A program made the translations under genes and the position numbers. From the NCBI GenBank assembly GCA_963666765.1, contig OY762933.1, positions 527,773 to 591,772 of the forward strand: a DNA stretch of 64,000 bases, written 5' to 3'. This document shows positions 1 through 9,075 of this stretch, piece after piece. Positions within the stretch are counted from its first letter, which is position 1. Each line of letters starts with the position of its first letter. The stretch is from Gammaproteobacteria bacterium. Lineage in GTDB: Bacteria > Pseudomonadota > Gammaproteobacteria > Steroidobacterales > Foliamicaceae. The notes below the pieces were generated by a model, which worked only from the letters and a program-made list of their open reading frames with translations, ran no database searches and was not told the origin of the DNA.

Positions 1-906
1 AAGCTGGTTTCACGCGAGTCCGCGCTGCTGGTCAACACGGTCCTGCTCAGCGCCGCCACGCTGCTGGTGCTGTTCGGCACGCTCTACCCGCTGGCGCTGG
101 ACGCACTGGACATGGGCAAGATCTCGGTGGGACCGCCGTATTTCAACCTGGTCTTCATTCTCCCCATGTTGCCGCTGTTGCTGGTGGTGGGCGCGGGCAT
201 GCACGCTTCCTGGAAGGCGACCGATACCGCCGCCTGGGGGCGCAAGCTGAGGGTACCCGCCGCCGTTGCCGTTCTTGCAGGAATCGTCCTCACGGTCGCG
301 GCTTACGGATTTGCCGGAATACTGACCGGCATCGGGATACTCATCGCCGTATGGGTCATTGCCTCGGCGTTGCGCGACCCCGTTGCCTGGCTGCTCAGGC
401 GCGGTCCAAGGCCACGGCGTTCGGCCTGGGGCATGCAGGTAGCGCATTGCGGGCTGGGCGTTACAACGCTGGGCATCGTCGTGGTTTCCGCCTGGGGGGT
501 GGAAACCGACCGCAGCCTGACCCTGGGCGAAAGCCTTGAAGTGTCCGGATACGAATTCCAGCTTGATCGCATCGAAGACGTCCAGGGCCCGAATTACCGG
601 GCCGCGCAAGGCGTCGTACGGGTTTCGCGCGACGGCCGGCCGGTCACCACGCTCTATCCGCAAAAGCGCGTTTATGAAGTGCAGCAGAGCCCTATGACCG
701 AAGCGGGAATCGACGCAGGATGGCGCCATGACCTGTTTGTCGCGCTCGGTGAGCCGATCGGCGAGGGGGCCTGGAGCGTTCGCGTGCAGGTCAAGCCGCT
801 GGTGCGGTTTATCTGGTTTGGGGCCCTGATCATGGGTCTGGGCGGACTGCTGGCGATCTCGGATCGGCGCTACCGGCCGGCCGCACCCGGGAGAGATGAG
901 CCGTGA
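1..906 (+). CDS. ccmF: Cytochrome c biogenesis heme lyase CcmF, C-terminal part (5' truncated by window)
   Basis: Frame is open from base 1 (KLVSRESALLVN...VLFGTLYP). Motifs ISVGPPYFN, AHCG, GPNY, PQKRVY, MTEAGID and DLFVALGEP. Followed by ccmG/H/I. Confidence 0.93.
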   Translation, partial: KLVSRESALLVNTVLLSAATLLVLFGTLYPLALDALDMGKISVGPPYFNLVFILPMLPLLLVVGAGMHASWKATDTAAWGRKLRVPAAVAVLAGIVLTVAAYGFAGILTGIGILIAVWVIASALRDPVAWLLRRGPRPRRSAWGMQVAHCGLGVTTLGIVVVSAWGVETDRSLTLGESLEVSGYEFQLDRIEDVQGPNYRAAQGVVRVSRDGRPVTTLYPQKRVYEVQQSPMTEAGIDAGWRHDLFVALGEPIGEGAWSVRVQVKPLVRFIWFGALIMGLGGLLAISDRRYRPAAPGRDEP

Positions 907-1448
907 GCGGGGAACGCAAGCGGATACGCTGGCTTCTGCTGCTGCCATGCGCGGTCCTGCTGGTGATGGTGTATTTCTTCGCCGTCAGCCTGGGGCGCGA
1001 CCCCAGCCTGGTGCCGTCGCCGCTTGTCGGGCGTCCTGCGCCGGAGTTCTCGCTGCCGGAGCTGCTGGACCCGAACGCCACCTTTGCGTTGCAGGACGTA
1101 GAGGAAGGCCCCTGGATGCTGAACGTGTGGGCAAGCTGGTGTTCCGGCTGTCTGGTCGAACACGAGTTCCTCATGGCGCTGGGGCGCGCCGGCGCTCCGC
1201 TGTACGGACTGAACTGGAAGGACGGCTACTCCGACGCCCTGGAATGGCTGCAACTGCGCGGCAATCCCTACCGGGTCATCGCCGTGGATGCCGACGGGCG
1301 CGCCGGAATCGACTGGGGCGTCTACGGGGCGCCGGAAACCTTCCTGATTGACGCGGACGGAATCGTTCTGTATCGGCATGTGGGCCCGCTCGATGGCGCC
1401 GTATTCACGGAGGTGTTCCTGCCGGTGCTTGAGGGCAACACGCCATGA
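903..1448 (+). CDS. ccmG: Thiol:disulfide interchange protein CcmG/DsbE
   Basis: N-terminal membrane anchor, PSPLVGRPAP, NVWASWCSGC (CxxC) and WGVYGAPETFLID. GTGA overlap with ccmF. Confidence 0.92.
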   Translation: MSGERKRIRWLLLLPCAVLLVMVYFFAVSLGRDPSLVPSPLVGRPAPEFSLPELLDPNATFALQDVEEGPWMLNVWASWCSGCLVEHEFLMALGRAGAPLYGLNWKDGYSDALEWLQLRGNPYRVIAVDADGRAGIDWGVYGAPETFLIDADGIVLYRHVGPLDGAVFTEVFLPVLEGNTP

Positions 1449-1852
1449 GAAAACTGGCTGCAGTTCTGCTTGTGCTGGTGGCGGCGACCGCCACCGCCGT
1501 GGACACGGAAGCGCCGCTTGAGACCGCGGAACAGCAGAGCCTCTACCGCAAGCTGCTGGAGGAAGTGCGCTGCATGGTCTGCCAAAACCAGAACCTGGCC
1601 GATTCCGACGCGCCGCTCGCCAGGGACATGCGCCGCGAACTGCGCCGCATGGTGGAAGAGGGCGCAAGCGAGGGGGATGTAAAACAGTTTCTGCTGGACC
1701 GGTATGGCGACTTCGCCCTTTACCGGCCCCGGCTGGCGCCCAATACGCTGCTGCTGTGGATTGGTCCCGGCGTGATCGTGCTGCTGGCGCTGGGCGCAAT
1801 TGCGCTGGTCATTCGGCGCCGCATGCAAATGCCTATTCCCGATGAGGATTAG
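1445..1852 (+). CDS. ccmH: Cytochrome c biogenesis protein CcmH (CycL)
   Basis: RCMVCQNQNLADS motif, RYGDF and a C-terminal TM helix (LLWIGP). ATGA overlap with ccmG. Confidence 0.92.
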   Translation: MRKLAAVLLVLVAATATAVDTEAPLETAEQQSLYRKLLEEVRCMVCQNQNLADSDAPLARDMRRELRRMVEEGASEGDVKQFLLDRYGDFALYRPRLAPNTLLLWIGPGVIVLLALGAIALVIRRRMQMPIPDED

Positions 1853-1868
1853 GGCAGGAAGCTGAGTA

Positions 1869-2873
1869 GTGGTAGCCGGTTTCGTCGTAGTCTGCGTGGT
1901 TTTGGCCGTAGCGGCGCTGGCCTGCGTTGTGCCGGCTCTGTGGCGCGACCGCGGCAAACCTGCCAGCACCGCGGCCTTGACCGCATCCTGCCTGCTGATT
2001 CCGGTCCTGGCCGCGCTGATTTACCTGCAGTCCAGCAATTACGAGTGGGGGCATGCGGGCCTTGAAACCGGCGAGGACGGTTCGCCTGCGACGGTGGAAG
2101 AGCTGATCGGGCCCTTGCGCGCAAGGCTGGAAGCGTCGCCGGACGACCCGAGGGGCTGGATGCTGCTCGGCGCCTCCTATGCCCAGGTTGAGCGTTATCC
2201 CGAGGCCGTGCAGGCTTTCGACCGGGTGCTGGACCTGACCGGCGGACGGGACATCGACGCACTCATGGGCAAGGCCGAGGCGATGATACTGGGCAATCCC
2301 CAGCGCCTGCTGGAGGATGCGGGCGACATGGTCGAGCAGGTGCTTGCCGCGGATCCGTCGAACCCCAAGGGGCTTTGGTACGGCGGCCTGCGGGCCAGCG
2401 CGACGGGCCAGGACATAATTGCCGTGCAGCGATGGACGGCGATGCTGGAAGGCCCGGTCACGCCCGAGGTGCGGGCCATCGTCGAGGGCGAACTGAACCG
2501 CCTTGGCGCTGGAGCGGGGGCCGCTGAAGCCTCGGCCGAGGCAGGCAATGTGACGCTTCGCCTGAGCCTGGGCTCTCCGGCGTCTCCCCCGCCGGGCGCG
2601 GTCCTGTTCGTGGTCGCACGCGTACCCGGCCAGGCCGGTCCCCCGCTGGCCGCACAGCGCGTGGACGGCCCCCGTTTTCCGCTGGATGTCCGGTTGAGCG
2701 ACGCCGACGCCATGCTCCCCGGAGCAAAGATCTCCGATCAGCCGGAACTGGCGATTACGGCCCGCCTTTCCGCCAGCGGCCAGACCACGCGCGGCGCCGG
2801 CGACTACGAGGCGCAGGGCGCCTGGCAGGCGGGGCAGAGCGCCCTGGAGCTCGAACTCGTTTATCAGCCCTAG
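1869..2873 (+). CDS. ccmI: Cytochrome c biogenesis TPR protein CcmI (CycH)
   Basis: Two N-terminal TM helices, TPR (PDDPRGWMLLG) and the C-terminal domain LFVVAR..GPPLAA..FPL..LSDADAM. Confidence 0.85.
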   Translation: MVAGFVVVCVVLAVAALACVVPALWRDRGKPASTAALTASCLLIPVLAALIYLQSSNYEWGHAGLETGEDGSPATVEELIGPLRARLEASPDDPRGWMLLGASYAQVERYPEAVQAFDRVLDLTGGRDIDALMGKAEAMILGNPQRLLEDAGDMVEQVLAADPSNPKGLWYGGLRASATGQDIIAVQRWTAMLEGPVTPEVRAIVEGELNRLGAGAGAAEASAEAGNVTLRLSLGSPASPPPGAVLFVVARVPGQAGPPLAAQRVDGPRFPLDVRLSDADAMLPGAKISDQPELAITARLSASGQTTRGAGDYEAQGAWQAGQSALELELVYQP

Positions 2874-2880
2874 CGCCCCC

Positions 2881-2903
2881 GGAAAGAGGGCGTCCCCGCC
2901 CTC
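2881..2903. repeat. REP-like palindromic repeat (GAGGGCGGGACGCCCTC family)
   Basis: GAGGGCGTCCCCGCCCTC palindrome just after the ccmI stop. Resembles copies at 30859, 32941, 36090, 41069 and 43660. Confidence 0.55.
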
Positions 2904-2918
2904 ATCCAGAAAAGTAAC

Positions 2919-4610
2919 GTGAAGAACCAGCACCTCCGCTTGCTCATCATCGGGGGTTACGGCACATTCGGCGGCCGACTGGCCGAATTGCTTTGTCGCG
3001 AACAGCGAGTCGCTCTTGTAATCGCAGGCCGCTCAAAGTCCGCCGCGCTGGCTCTCTGTCACGCGCTTCCACCCGGAGCCGCTCGTGAAGCACTGGCTGT
3101 GGACCGCGATCGGGACGTGGCCCGGCAAGTCGAGAAAGTCAATCCGCATATCGTTGTGGATGCGTCCGGACCGTTTCAGGCCTACGGAGAGGATCCCTAT
3201 CGCGTGGTCAAGGCCGCGCTGGCCATGCGCACCCACTATCTGGATCTTGCCGACAGCCCCGAGTTCGTTCGGGGAGTCCGGCAGTTTGACGCAGCGGCGA
3301 GAGCGAAGGAGCTGGTGGTGTTGTCGGGCGTCAGCAGCTTTCCCGTGCTGTCGGCCGCCATGGTTCGCGAACTGTCAGCTGATTTCGGGCTCATGGATTC
3401 GATTGCGGGAGGGATTGCGCCATCGCCCTACGCCGGCGTCGGGTACAACGTGATCCGGGCAATCGCGGGTTACGCAGGCAAGGCAATCCCGCTTCGGCGG
3501 CAGGGTCGCGAGCAAAGCGCGCGCGCCTTGAGGGAAACAAGGCGGTTCACCATTGCGCCGCCGGGCAGAGTGCCGCTGTTTCCGCGCAAGTTCTCGCTGG
3601 TGAACGTGCCGGACCTTCAATTGCTGGCCGATGAATGGCCCGAAGTGCAGGATGTGTGGATGGGCGCGGCCCCGGAACCCGCGATTCTGCATTGTTTGCT
3701 GCGCGGTTTTGCGCGGCTCGTAGAAATGGGACTGGCTCCTTCTCTGGCGCCGCTGGCGCGGCTCATTCACGCCACGGCCAACAGCGTCCGTTGGGGCGAA
3801 CATCGAGGCGGCATGTTCGTTGAGGTGAACGGCACGGACGTGGACGGAACCGGCATCAGCCGCTCGGGGCACCTCCTGGCGGAAGGCCATCATGGCCTCT
3901 ACATCCCCTCGATGGCGGTGGAAGCGATCATCCGCAATTGGCTGGATGGGCGGCCGCCCGACGCCGGCGCCCGGTCTGCGACGGCGGAACTGGAACTGTC
4001 CGACTGCAGGCGTGTATTCGCGAACCGGCCTATCTTCATTGGAACACGAAATGACGCGCAATCCGACGGTCGATGCCTGCATGCGCGGATTCTTGGCACG
4101 GCCTGGCAGTCAGTTTCCGCTGTTGTCAGGGCTGTGCACGGGGCAGGGCCTAAGCTGACGATCAGCGGCACGGCTTCCATCACGCGGGGCAGGGGAGTGC
4201 TGGCGCGAATGCTGGCATGGATCATGCGGTTTCCCTCCGCCGGAGAAAACGTGCCTGTATCAGTGACGTTCGAGCGCCACGGGAATTACGACAAGTGGAC
4301 GCGCGATTTTGGAGGCCAGGTCTTCTCCAGCGCCTTCACGGCGGGGTCCGGGCGCTTCGAGCACTTGTTGTGCGAACGGTTCGGTCCCCTGGTGTTCGGA
4401 ATGGCCCTGATTCCGGAAGGCGACCGGCTGAACCTGGTGATGCGCAGATGGAGCTTCTTCGGAATACCGCTGCCGCGCGGTTTGGCGCCCCGCGGAGATT
4501 CTTACGAATTCGAGAAAGACAATCGATTCTGCTTCGACGTGGAAATCCGCCTTCCCCTGGCAGGATTTGTCATTCGTTACCAGGGCTACCTGGAGCCGCC
4601 GGACAGGTGA
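2919..4610 (+). CDS. Saccharopine dehydrogenase-like NAD(P)-binding protein with C-terminal DUF4166 domain
   Basis: IIGGYGTFG Rossmann motif, DASGPFQ and HYLDLAD. C-terminal W.RDFG, ERFGPL and FCFDVEIRLP..G..I.YQG.L fit DUF4166. Confidence 0.75.
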   Translation: MKNQHLRLLIIGGYGTFGGRLAELLCREQRVALVIAGRSKSAALALCHALPPGAAREALAVDRDRDVARQVEKVNPHIVVDASGPFQAYGEDPYRVVKAALAMRTHYLDLADSPEFVRGVRQFDAAARAKELVVLSGVSSFPVLSAAMVRELSADFGLMDSIAGGIAPSPYAGVGYNVIRAIAGYAGKAIPLRRQGREQSARALRETRRFTIAPPGRVPLFPRKFSLVNVPDLQLLADEWPEVQDVWMGAAPEPAILHCLLRGFARLVEMGLAPSLAPLARLIHATANSVRWGEHRGGMFVEVNGTDVDGTGISRSGHLLAEGHHGLYIPSMAVEAIIRNWLDGRPPDAGARSATAELELSDCRRVFANRPIFIGTRNDAQSDGRCLHARILGTAWQSVSAVVRAVHGAGPKLTISGTASITRGRGVLARMLAWIMRFPSAGENVPVSVTFERHGNYDKWTRDFGGQVFSSAFTAGSGRFEHLLCERFGPLVFGMALIPEGDRLNLVMRRWSFFGIPLPRGLAPRGDSYEFEKDNRFCFDVEIRLPLAGFVIRYQGYLEPPDR

Positions 4611-4665
4611 AGTGGGTTGCACGGTTGCCGGGAGTACGTGGCCCGGCCTCGAACGGGGAGGGCGG

Positions 4666-5535
4666 TCAGGCCTGCGCGGCTATGACCCTTCTGGCGGGCA
4701 GGCGCAGATCACGCACCAGTCGGAGTTGCTTCATCAGCAGCAGGCCCAGCCAGGTGATGTCGAGCTGCCACCAGCGCAGGCCGTGGCGCGCCGAATAGGC
4801 CCAGCGGTGGTGGTTGTTGTGCCAGCCCTCGCCAAGGGTCAGCAGGGCCACCAGAAAGTTGTTGCGGCTGCCGTCACCGGCGGGATTCGGCCGCGTGCCC
4901 CACAGGTGGCAGACCGAATTCACCATGAACGTGGCGTGCCACAGGGCCACGGTGCTGATGAAGAATCCCCACACGAGCATCTGCAGTCCACTGGTTCCCA
5001 GGCCCGGGTTGAGCCAGTTCAGCAGCGCGCCCAGGCCGAACAGGGCAGCGGCCTGGCCCAGGATCAGGAAAACGTAGCCTTTCTGTAGAATCCGGATTTC
5101 CGGGTAACGGTGCAGATCCTTGATGTTTGCGTAATTGCCCGAGAAGCACACCGCATCCCACATCCATCCGATATGCGCATACCAGAAGCCACGCTGAACG
5201 GGCGAATGCACGTCGCCTTCACGTTCGGAATAGCGATGGTGGCGGCGATGATGCGACGCCCACCACAAGGGGCCGCCCTGGGTGGCGCAGCTCCCGAGGA
5301 AGGTCAGCAGGAAGCGCACGGGACGGGATGCGCTGTAGGAGGAGTGGGCGAGCAGGCGGTGAAAACCCGCGGTGACGCCGAAAGCCCTAAGGAAGTAGAG
5401 TACGCCTGCGACTATCCCGGCCGCCTTGCTCACGCCGGTGTAAATGGCGCCCAGGCAAGCCAGGTGAAAGGCAATCATCCCTATGATTACTACCCGAGCC
5501 TTGTGTTGCGCCTTTCGCGTCGCAGTTGTTGCCAA
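4666..5535 (-). CDS. Membrane delta-9-type acyl-CoA/acyl-lipid desaturase
   Basis: His boxes GFHRLLAH, HRRHH and GEGWHNNHH, plus NSVCH. Confidence 0.92.
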   Translation of the reverse strand: MATTATRKAQHKARVVIIGMIAFHLACLGAIYTGVSKAAGIVAGVLYFLRAFGVTAGFHRLLAHSSYSASRPVRFLLTFLGSCATQGGPLWWASHHRRHHRYSEREGDVHSPVQRGFWYAHIGWMWDAVCFSGNYANIKDLHRYPEIRILQKGYVFLILGQAAALFGLGALLNWLNPGLGTSGLQMLVWGFFISTVALWHATFMVNSVCHLWGTRPNPAGDGSRNNFLVALLTLGEGWHNNHHRWAYSARHGLRWWQLDITWLGLLLMKQLRLVRDLRLPARRVIAAQA

Positions 5536-5605
5536 TTGAACCTCCCGGGCTCCTTGCTGCCTGCACCTGAATCCGGTGCGCGCGAGAAGTGCGAATTATA
5601 GCCGG

Positions 5606-6979
5606 ATGGACGTTGAAGTGACCCGCCTCAGGCCGGCGAACCGCCTGCGGATCGCCGTAATAGGCGCAGGAATATCCGGGCTTGCCGCCGCAAGGGAACT
5701 GGACGGCGGCCATGAGGTGACTCTGTTCGAGGCGCGCAACCGCCCGGGCGGACATACGCGCACGCTCGAATTCGAGCGCTTTGGCCGGGAATACCGTGCG
5801 GACCTCGGCTTCATGGTCTTCAACGAGGCCAATTACCCGCAATTCACCCGCCTTCTGCAGGAACTGAAGATTCCCGCGTCGGACACGGAGATGAGCTTCA
5901 GCCTGCGCTGCGACCAGAGCGGCCTGGAATACCACGGCAGCACCATGAACCAGCTCTTCGCGCAACGGCGCAACCTGTTTCGTCCCAGGCACTACCGGAT
6001 GCTGCGGGACATTCTGCGATTCAATCGCGACGCCAGCAGGGCGCTGGCGGAGAGGGAAGGGGAGCTCGCCAAAATGAGCGTGGCGGATTTCCTCGGCCGG
6101 GGCGCTTACGGCCCGGAACTGATCAACGACTACCTGCTGCCGATGACGGCCGCCATCTGGTCGTGCTCCGTGCAATCCATCGAGCGCTACCCGAGCCTCC
6201 ACCTGCTGCGTTTCATGGCAAACCACATGCTCCTGGGCGCCAAGGGGCACCGCCAGTGGCGCATGATTCCCGGCGGCGCCGAGCGTTACGTGACCGCCGT
6301 GCTGAACGGCTTCGGCGGCCGTCTGAGCGCGAATTCGCCGGTGCGCTCGGTAGAATCCCGCGACGGCGAAGTTCACGTTCGCACCGATCGCGGTGGGGAG
6401 GTCTTCGACGCCGCCGTGCTGGCGGTACACAGCGACCAGGCGCTGGCAATGATCAAGGGCCCGACTTCGCTTGAGCGGCAGGTGTTGGGCGCAATCCCGT
6501 ATCAGCGCAACGACGCGGTCGTGCATACCGACCGCAGCGTTCTTCCCCGGCGGCGCCTGGCCTGGGCATCCTGGAACTACTACCGGGCGCCCGACAGCGG
6601 GCGTGAGGCCTCCGTTACTTATAACCTCAACCTGTTGCAGCATCTCGAGTCGCCGGAACCGATTTGCGTCACGCTTAATCCGTTGCGTCCGCCGAGCCGC
6701 GACAAGATCATAAGCAAGCTAAGCTTCGCGCATCCGTTTTTTAGTGCCGGGGCGTTCGCCGCTCAGGGCAGGGTGGAAGAGCTGAACGCATCCGGTAACC
6801 GCTTCTATTGCGGCGCCTGGACCGGTTGGGGTTTCCACGAGGATGGTCTGGCCAGCGGCCTCAAGGCGGCAGGCAGCTTGCGTGCATGGGCGGCCAGACC
6901 GGAGAATCAGGCAAAATTCGCATATGCGCAGCGCAATCTACGAGGGCTGGGTCAGGCATATCCGGCACAGGCCGGCTAG
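5606..6979 (+). CDS. FAD-dependent oxidoreductase (COG2907-like; UfaD-like)
   Basis: AVIGAGISG, GGHTRT, DLGFMVFN..NYP, WASWNY and CGAWTGWGFHEDGL. Adjacent to DUF1365 and cfa. Confidence 0.85.
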   Translation: MDVEVTRLRPANRLRIAVIGAGISGLAAARELDGGHEVTLFEARNRPGGHTRTLEFERFGREYRADLGFMVFNEANYPQFTRLLQELKIPASDTEMSFSLRCDQSGLEYHGSTMNQLFAQRRNLFRPRHYRMLRDILRFNRDASRALAEREGELAKMSVADFLGRGAYGPELINDYLLPMTAAIWSCSVQSIERYPSLHLLRFMANHMLLGAKGHRQWRMIPGGAERYVTAVLNGFGGRLSANSPVRSVESRDGEVHVRTDRGGEVFDAAVLAVHSDQALAMIKGPTSLERQVLGAIPYQRNDAVVHTDRSVLPRRRLAWASWNYYRAPDSGREASVTYNLNLLQHLESPEPICVTLNPLRPPSRDKIISKLSFAHPFFSAGAFAAQGRVEELNASGNRFYCGAWTGWGFHEDGLASGLKAAGSLRAWAARPENQAKFAYAQRNLRGLGQAYPAQAG

Positions 6980-7673
6980 GCACGCGTTTCAATACCGCCT
7001 GTTCATGGCGTACTTGGACCTGGACGAGCTGGACCAGGTCTTTGCGGGCAGGTGGTTATGGTCCACGCGGCGGCCGGCGATCGCTCGCTTCCTGGCCAGC
7101 GACCACCTGGACGGCAACTGCGCCGATCTTGCGGACGGCGTGCGGGAGCTTGTCCGCGCACGCAGCGGCCTGCGCCTTGACGGCCCCGTGCGGCTGCTGA
7201 CGCATCTGCGGTATTTCGGCTACATATTCAACCCGATCTCGGTCTATTACTGTTTTGACAAGACCAGTCCCGAGCCGCGCTGCTATGTGCTGGAGGTCAG
7301 CAATACGCCCTGGAAGGAGCGCGTATGCTACGTGCTGCCCGCTACTGAGGCAAAATCTGGAGGTAGGGGGCAATTATTTGATTTCCAGAAGGAAATGCAC
7401 GTTTCCCCCTTTATTCCCATGGACATGTCCTATCGCTGCTGGGTACGCGAACCGGGTGAGCGCCTGTCGCTGAGCATCGAAGTGCTTCAGGAAGAGGAGG
7501 CCACCCTTCAGACCAGCCTGGCGTTGAGCCGCCGTCCGGTTACGGGCGGCGTGCTGGCCCGAAGCCTGCTGCGCTACCCCTTGATGACTGCCAACGTGAC
7601 TGCTCGTATCCATGTCAACGCGCTCCGCCTCTGGTTGAAGGGCGTCAAGCCGTTGGCGCATCCCGGATCGTGA
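6924..7673 (+). CDS. DUF1365 family protein (UfaO-like)
   Basis: SAIYEGWVRH.R..P..H.F.Y, FNPISVYYC, EVSNTPW.ER and KEMHVSPF. Confidence 0.88.
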   Translation: MRSAIYEGWVRHIRHRPARHAFQYRLFMAYLDLDELDQVFAGRWLWSTRRPAIARFLASDHLDGNCADLADGVRELVRARSGLRLDGPVRLLTHLRYFGYIFNPISVYYCFDKTSPEPRCYVLEVSNTPWKERVCYVLPATEAKSGGRGQLFDFQKEMHVSPFIPMDMSYRCWVREPGERLSLSIEVLQEEEATLQTSLALSRRPVTGGVLARSLLRYPLMTANVTARIHVNALRLWLKGVKPLAHPGS

Positions 7674-8893
7674 ACGCGCAAGTCAAGGCCGATTTGCCCG
7701 CGTCCATCTGGCGGCGCCCGGTGCAGCATCAGCTCGCCCAACTGAAAAACGGCCGGCTGTTGGTATTGGAGGCAGGCCAGAGAAGCGTTCTGGGCGGGCA
7801 GGGGAATTCAGGCGATTTGCCCGAGGCAACATTTGAAGTCCTGGACAGCGGCTGCTGGCAGAGGATCGCCACGGGTGGCGCGCTGGGCGCGGCGGAAGCA
7901 TTCATGGACGGGCAGTGGCGCTCACCGGACCTGGCGGGGCTGTTGCGGATGATGCTGCGCGACCAGGCCGTGCTGGGAGCCCTCGGGGGGGCGTTTTCAT
8001 TCCTGGGCACGATCCTGCGCTGGATAGGGCACGCCTTGCGCCGCAATACGCGCTCCGGCGCCCGGCGCAACATATCGGCGCACTACGATGTGGGAAACGA
8101 TTTCTTCCAGCTGTTTCTCGATCCCACCATGCTTTATTCCTGCGCCTATTTTTCGTCCGAACACACAAGCCTGGAAGAAGCCTCGATCGCCAAGCTGGAC
8201 CGGCTGTGCGCCATGCTGCGGCTCGAGCCCGGCTTGCGCGTGCTGGAAATCGGAAGCGGCTGGGGCGCCTGCGCCATCCACATGGCCCGGAAATACGGAT
8301 GCAGGGTGACGAGCATCACGATTTCCGAGCGCCAGCACGCCGAGGCCGTGCGGCGAGTGGAGGCCGCAAGGCTTGAAGATCGCGTGGAGATCCGGATGCA
8401 GGATTACCGTGATGTTTCCGGGCAGTTCGACCGGCTGATATCCATTGAAATGATTGAAGCGGTAGGCGACCAGTACCTCGACTTGTTCTTCAACCGTTGC
8501 AGCGATCTGCTCAAGCCCAATGGCCTGATGGCGCTGCAGGCCATCACGATCACCGACCAGGCCTACCGGGAGGCCGTCAGGCGGGTGGACTTCATCAAGC
8601 GCTACATCTTTCCGGGCGGGTTTCTGCCGTCCGTAGAGGCGATCATGGGCGCGGTGCGCCGCCGGACCGATTTCCGCCTGGTGCGCATGGAGGATATCGG
8701 CAGCCACTATGTGCGCACGCTCAGGCTGTGGGCGGAGGCGTTACGGCTGAAATGGCAAGTGGCTCGGGAGCTTGGATATTCCGAAGAGTTCCTGCGCATG
8801 TACGAGTTCTATTTCCGGTACTGCGAAGCCGGATTCGCGGAGCGCACCGTGGGGGACGCGCAGATGCTGTTCGCCAAACCTCGAGCGCGTTGA
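7670..8893 (+). CDS. cfa: Cyclopropane-fatty-acyl-phospholipid synthase family SAM methyltransferase
   Basis: NISAHYDVGNDFF, YSCAYF, LEIGSGWG, SIEMIEAVG and YIFPGG. Confidence 0.9.
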   Translation: MNAQVKADLPASIWRRPVQHQLAQLKNGRLLVLEAGQRSVLGGQGNSGDLPEATFEVLDSGCWQRIATGGALGAAEAFMDGQWRSPDLAGLLRMMLRDQAVLGALGGAFSFLGTILRWIGHALRRNTRSGARRNISAHYDVGNDFFQLFLDPTMLYSCAYFSSEHTSLEEASIAKLDRLCAMLRLEPGLRVLEIGSGWGACAIHMARKYGCRVTSITISERQHAEAVRRVEAARLEDRVEIRMQDYRDVSGQFDRLISIEMIEAVGDQYLDLFFNRCSDLLKPNGLMALQAITITDQAYREAVRRVDFIKRYIFPGGFLPSVEAIMGAVRRRTDFRLVRMEDIGSHYVRTLRLWAEALRLKWQVARELGYSEEFLRMYEFYFRYCEAGFAERTVGDAQMLFAKPRAR

Positions 8894-8897
8894 TCCC

Positions 8898-8993
8898 GCC
8901 TTTGCTCGCCCCCGCCTTACGGGAGGCGCCATCCTTGGCTTGGTTCCGCCATCCTGGCTCCAACACTCCCGGAAGGCGGGGGCGAGCAAAGGC
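8898..8993. repeat. Long hairpin element (28-bp stem, 40-nt conserved loop), copy 1
   Basis: Arms 8898-8925 and 8966-8993 are reverse-complementary with 1 mismatch. The loop is nearly identical to that of the 56368-56462 element. Confidence 0.8.
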
Positions 8994-9044
8994 TAAAGTA
9001 GCCATCGGGGACGGAGAGCACGACTCGCGAGTTGTTCCCGATCA

Positions 9045-9072
9045 TTTGGACATAATGTATATTATGTAAAGT
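9045..9072 (+). other. dif: Chromosomal dif site (XerC/XerD recombination site)
   Basis: TTTGGACATAA-TGTATA-TTATGTAAAGT versus E. coli GGTGCGCATAA-TGTATA-TTATGTTAAAT. KOPS orientation inverts across it. Confidence 0.9.
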
Positions 9073-9075
9073 ATT

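Noticed and set aside
8898-8993. Simple rho-independent terminator
   Set aside because: The stem and loop are far too long, there is no clear U-tract on the sense strand, and the loop is conserved in a second copy.
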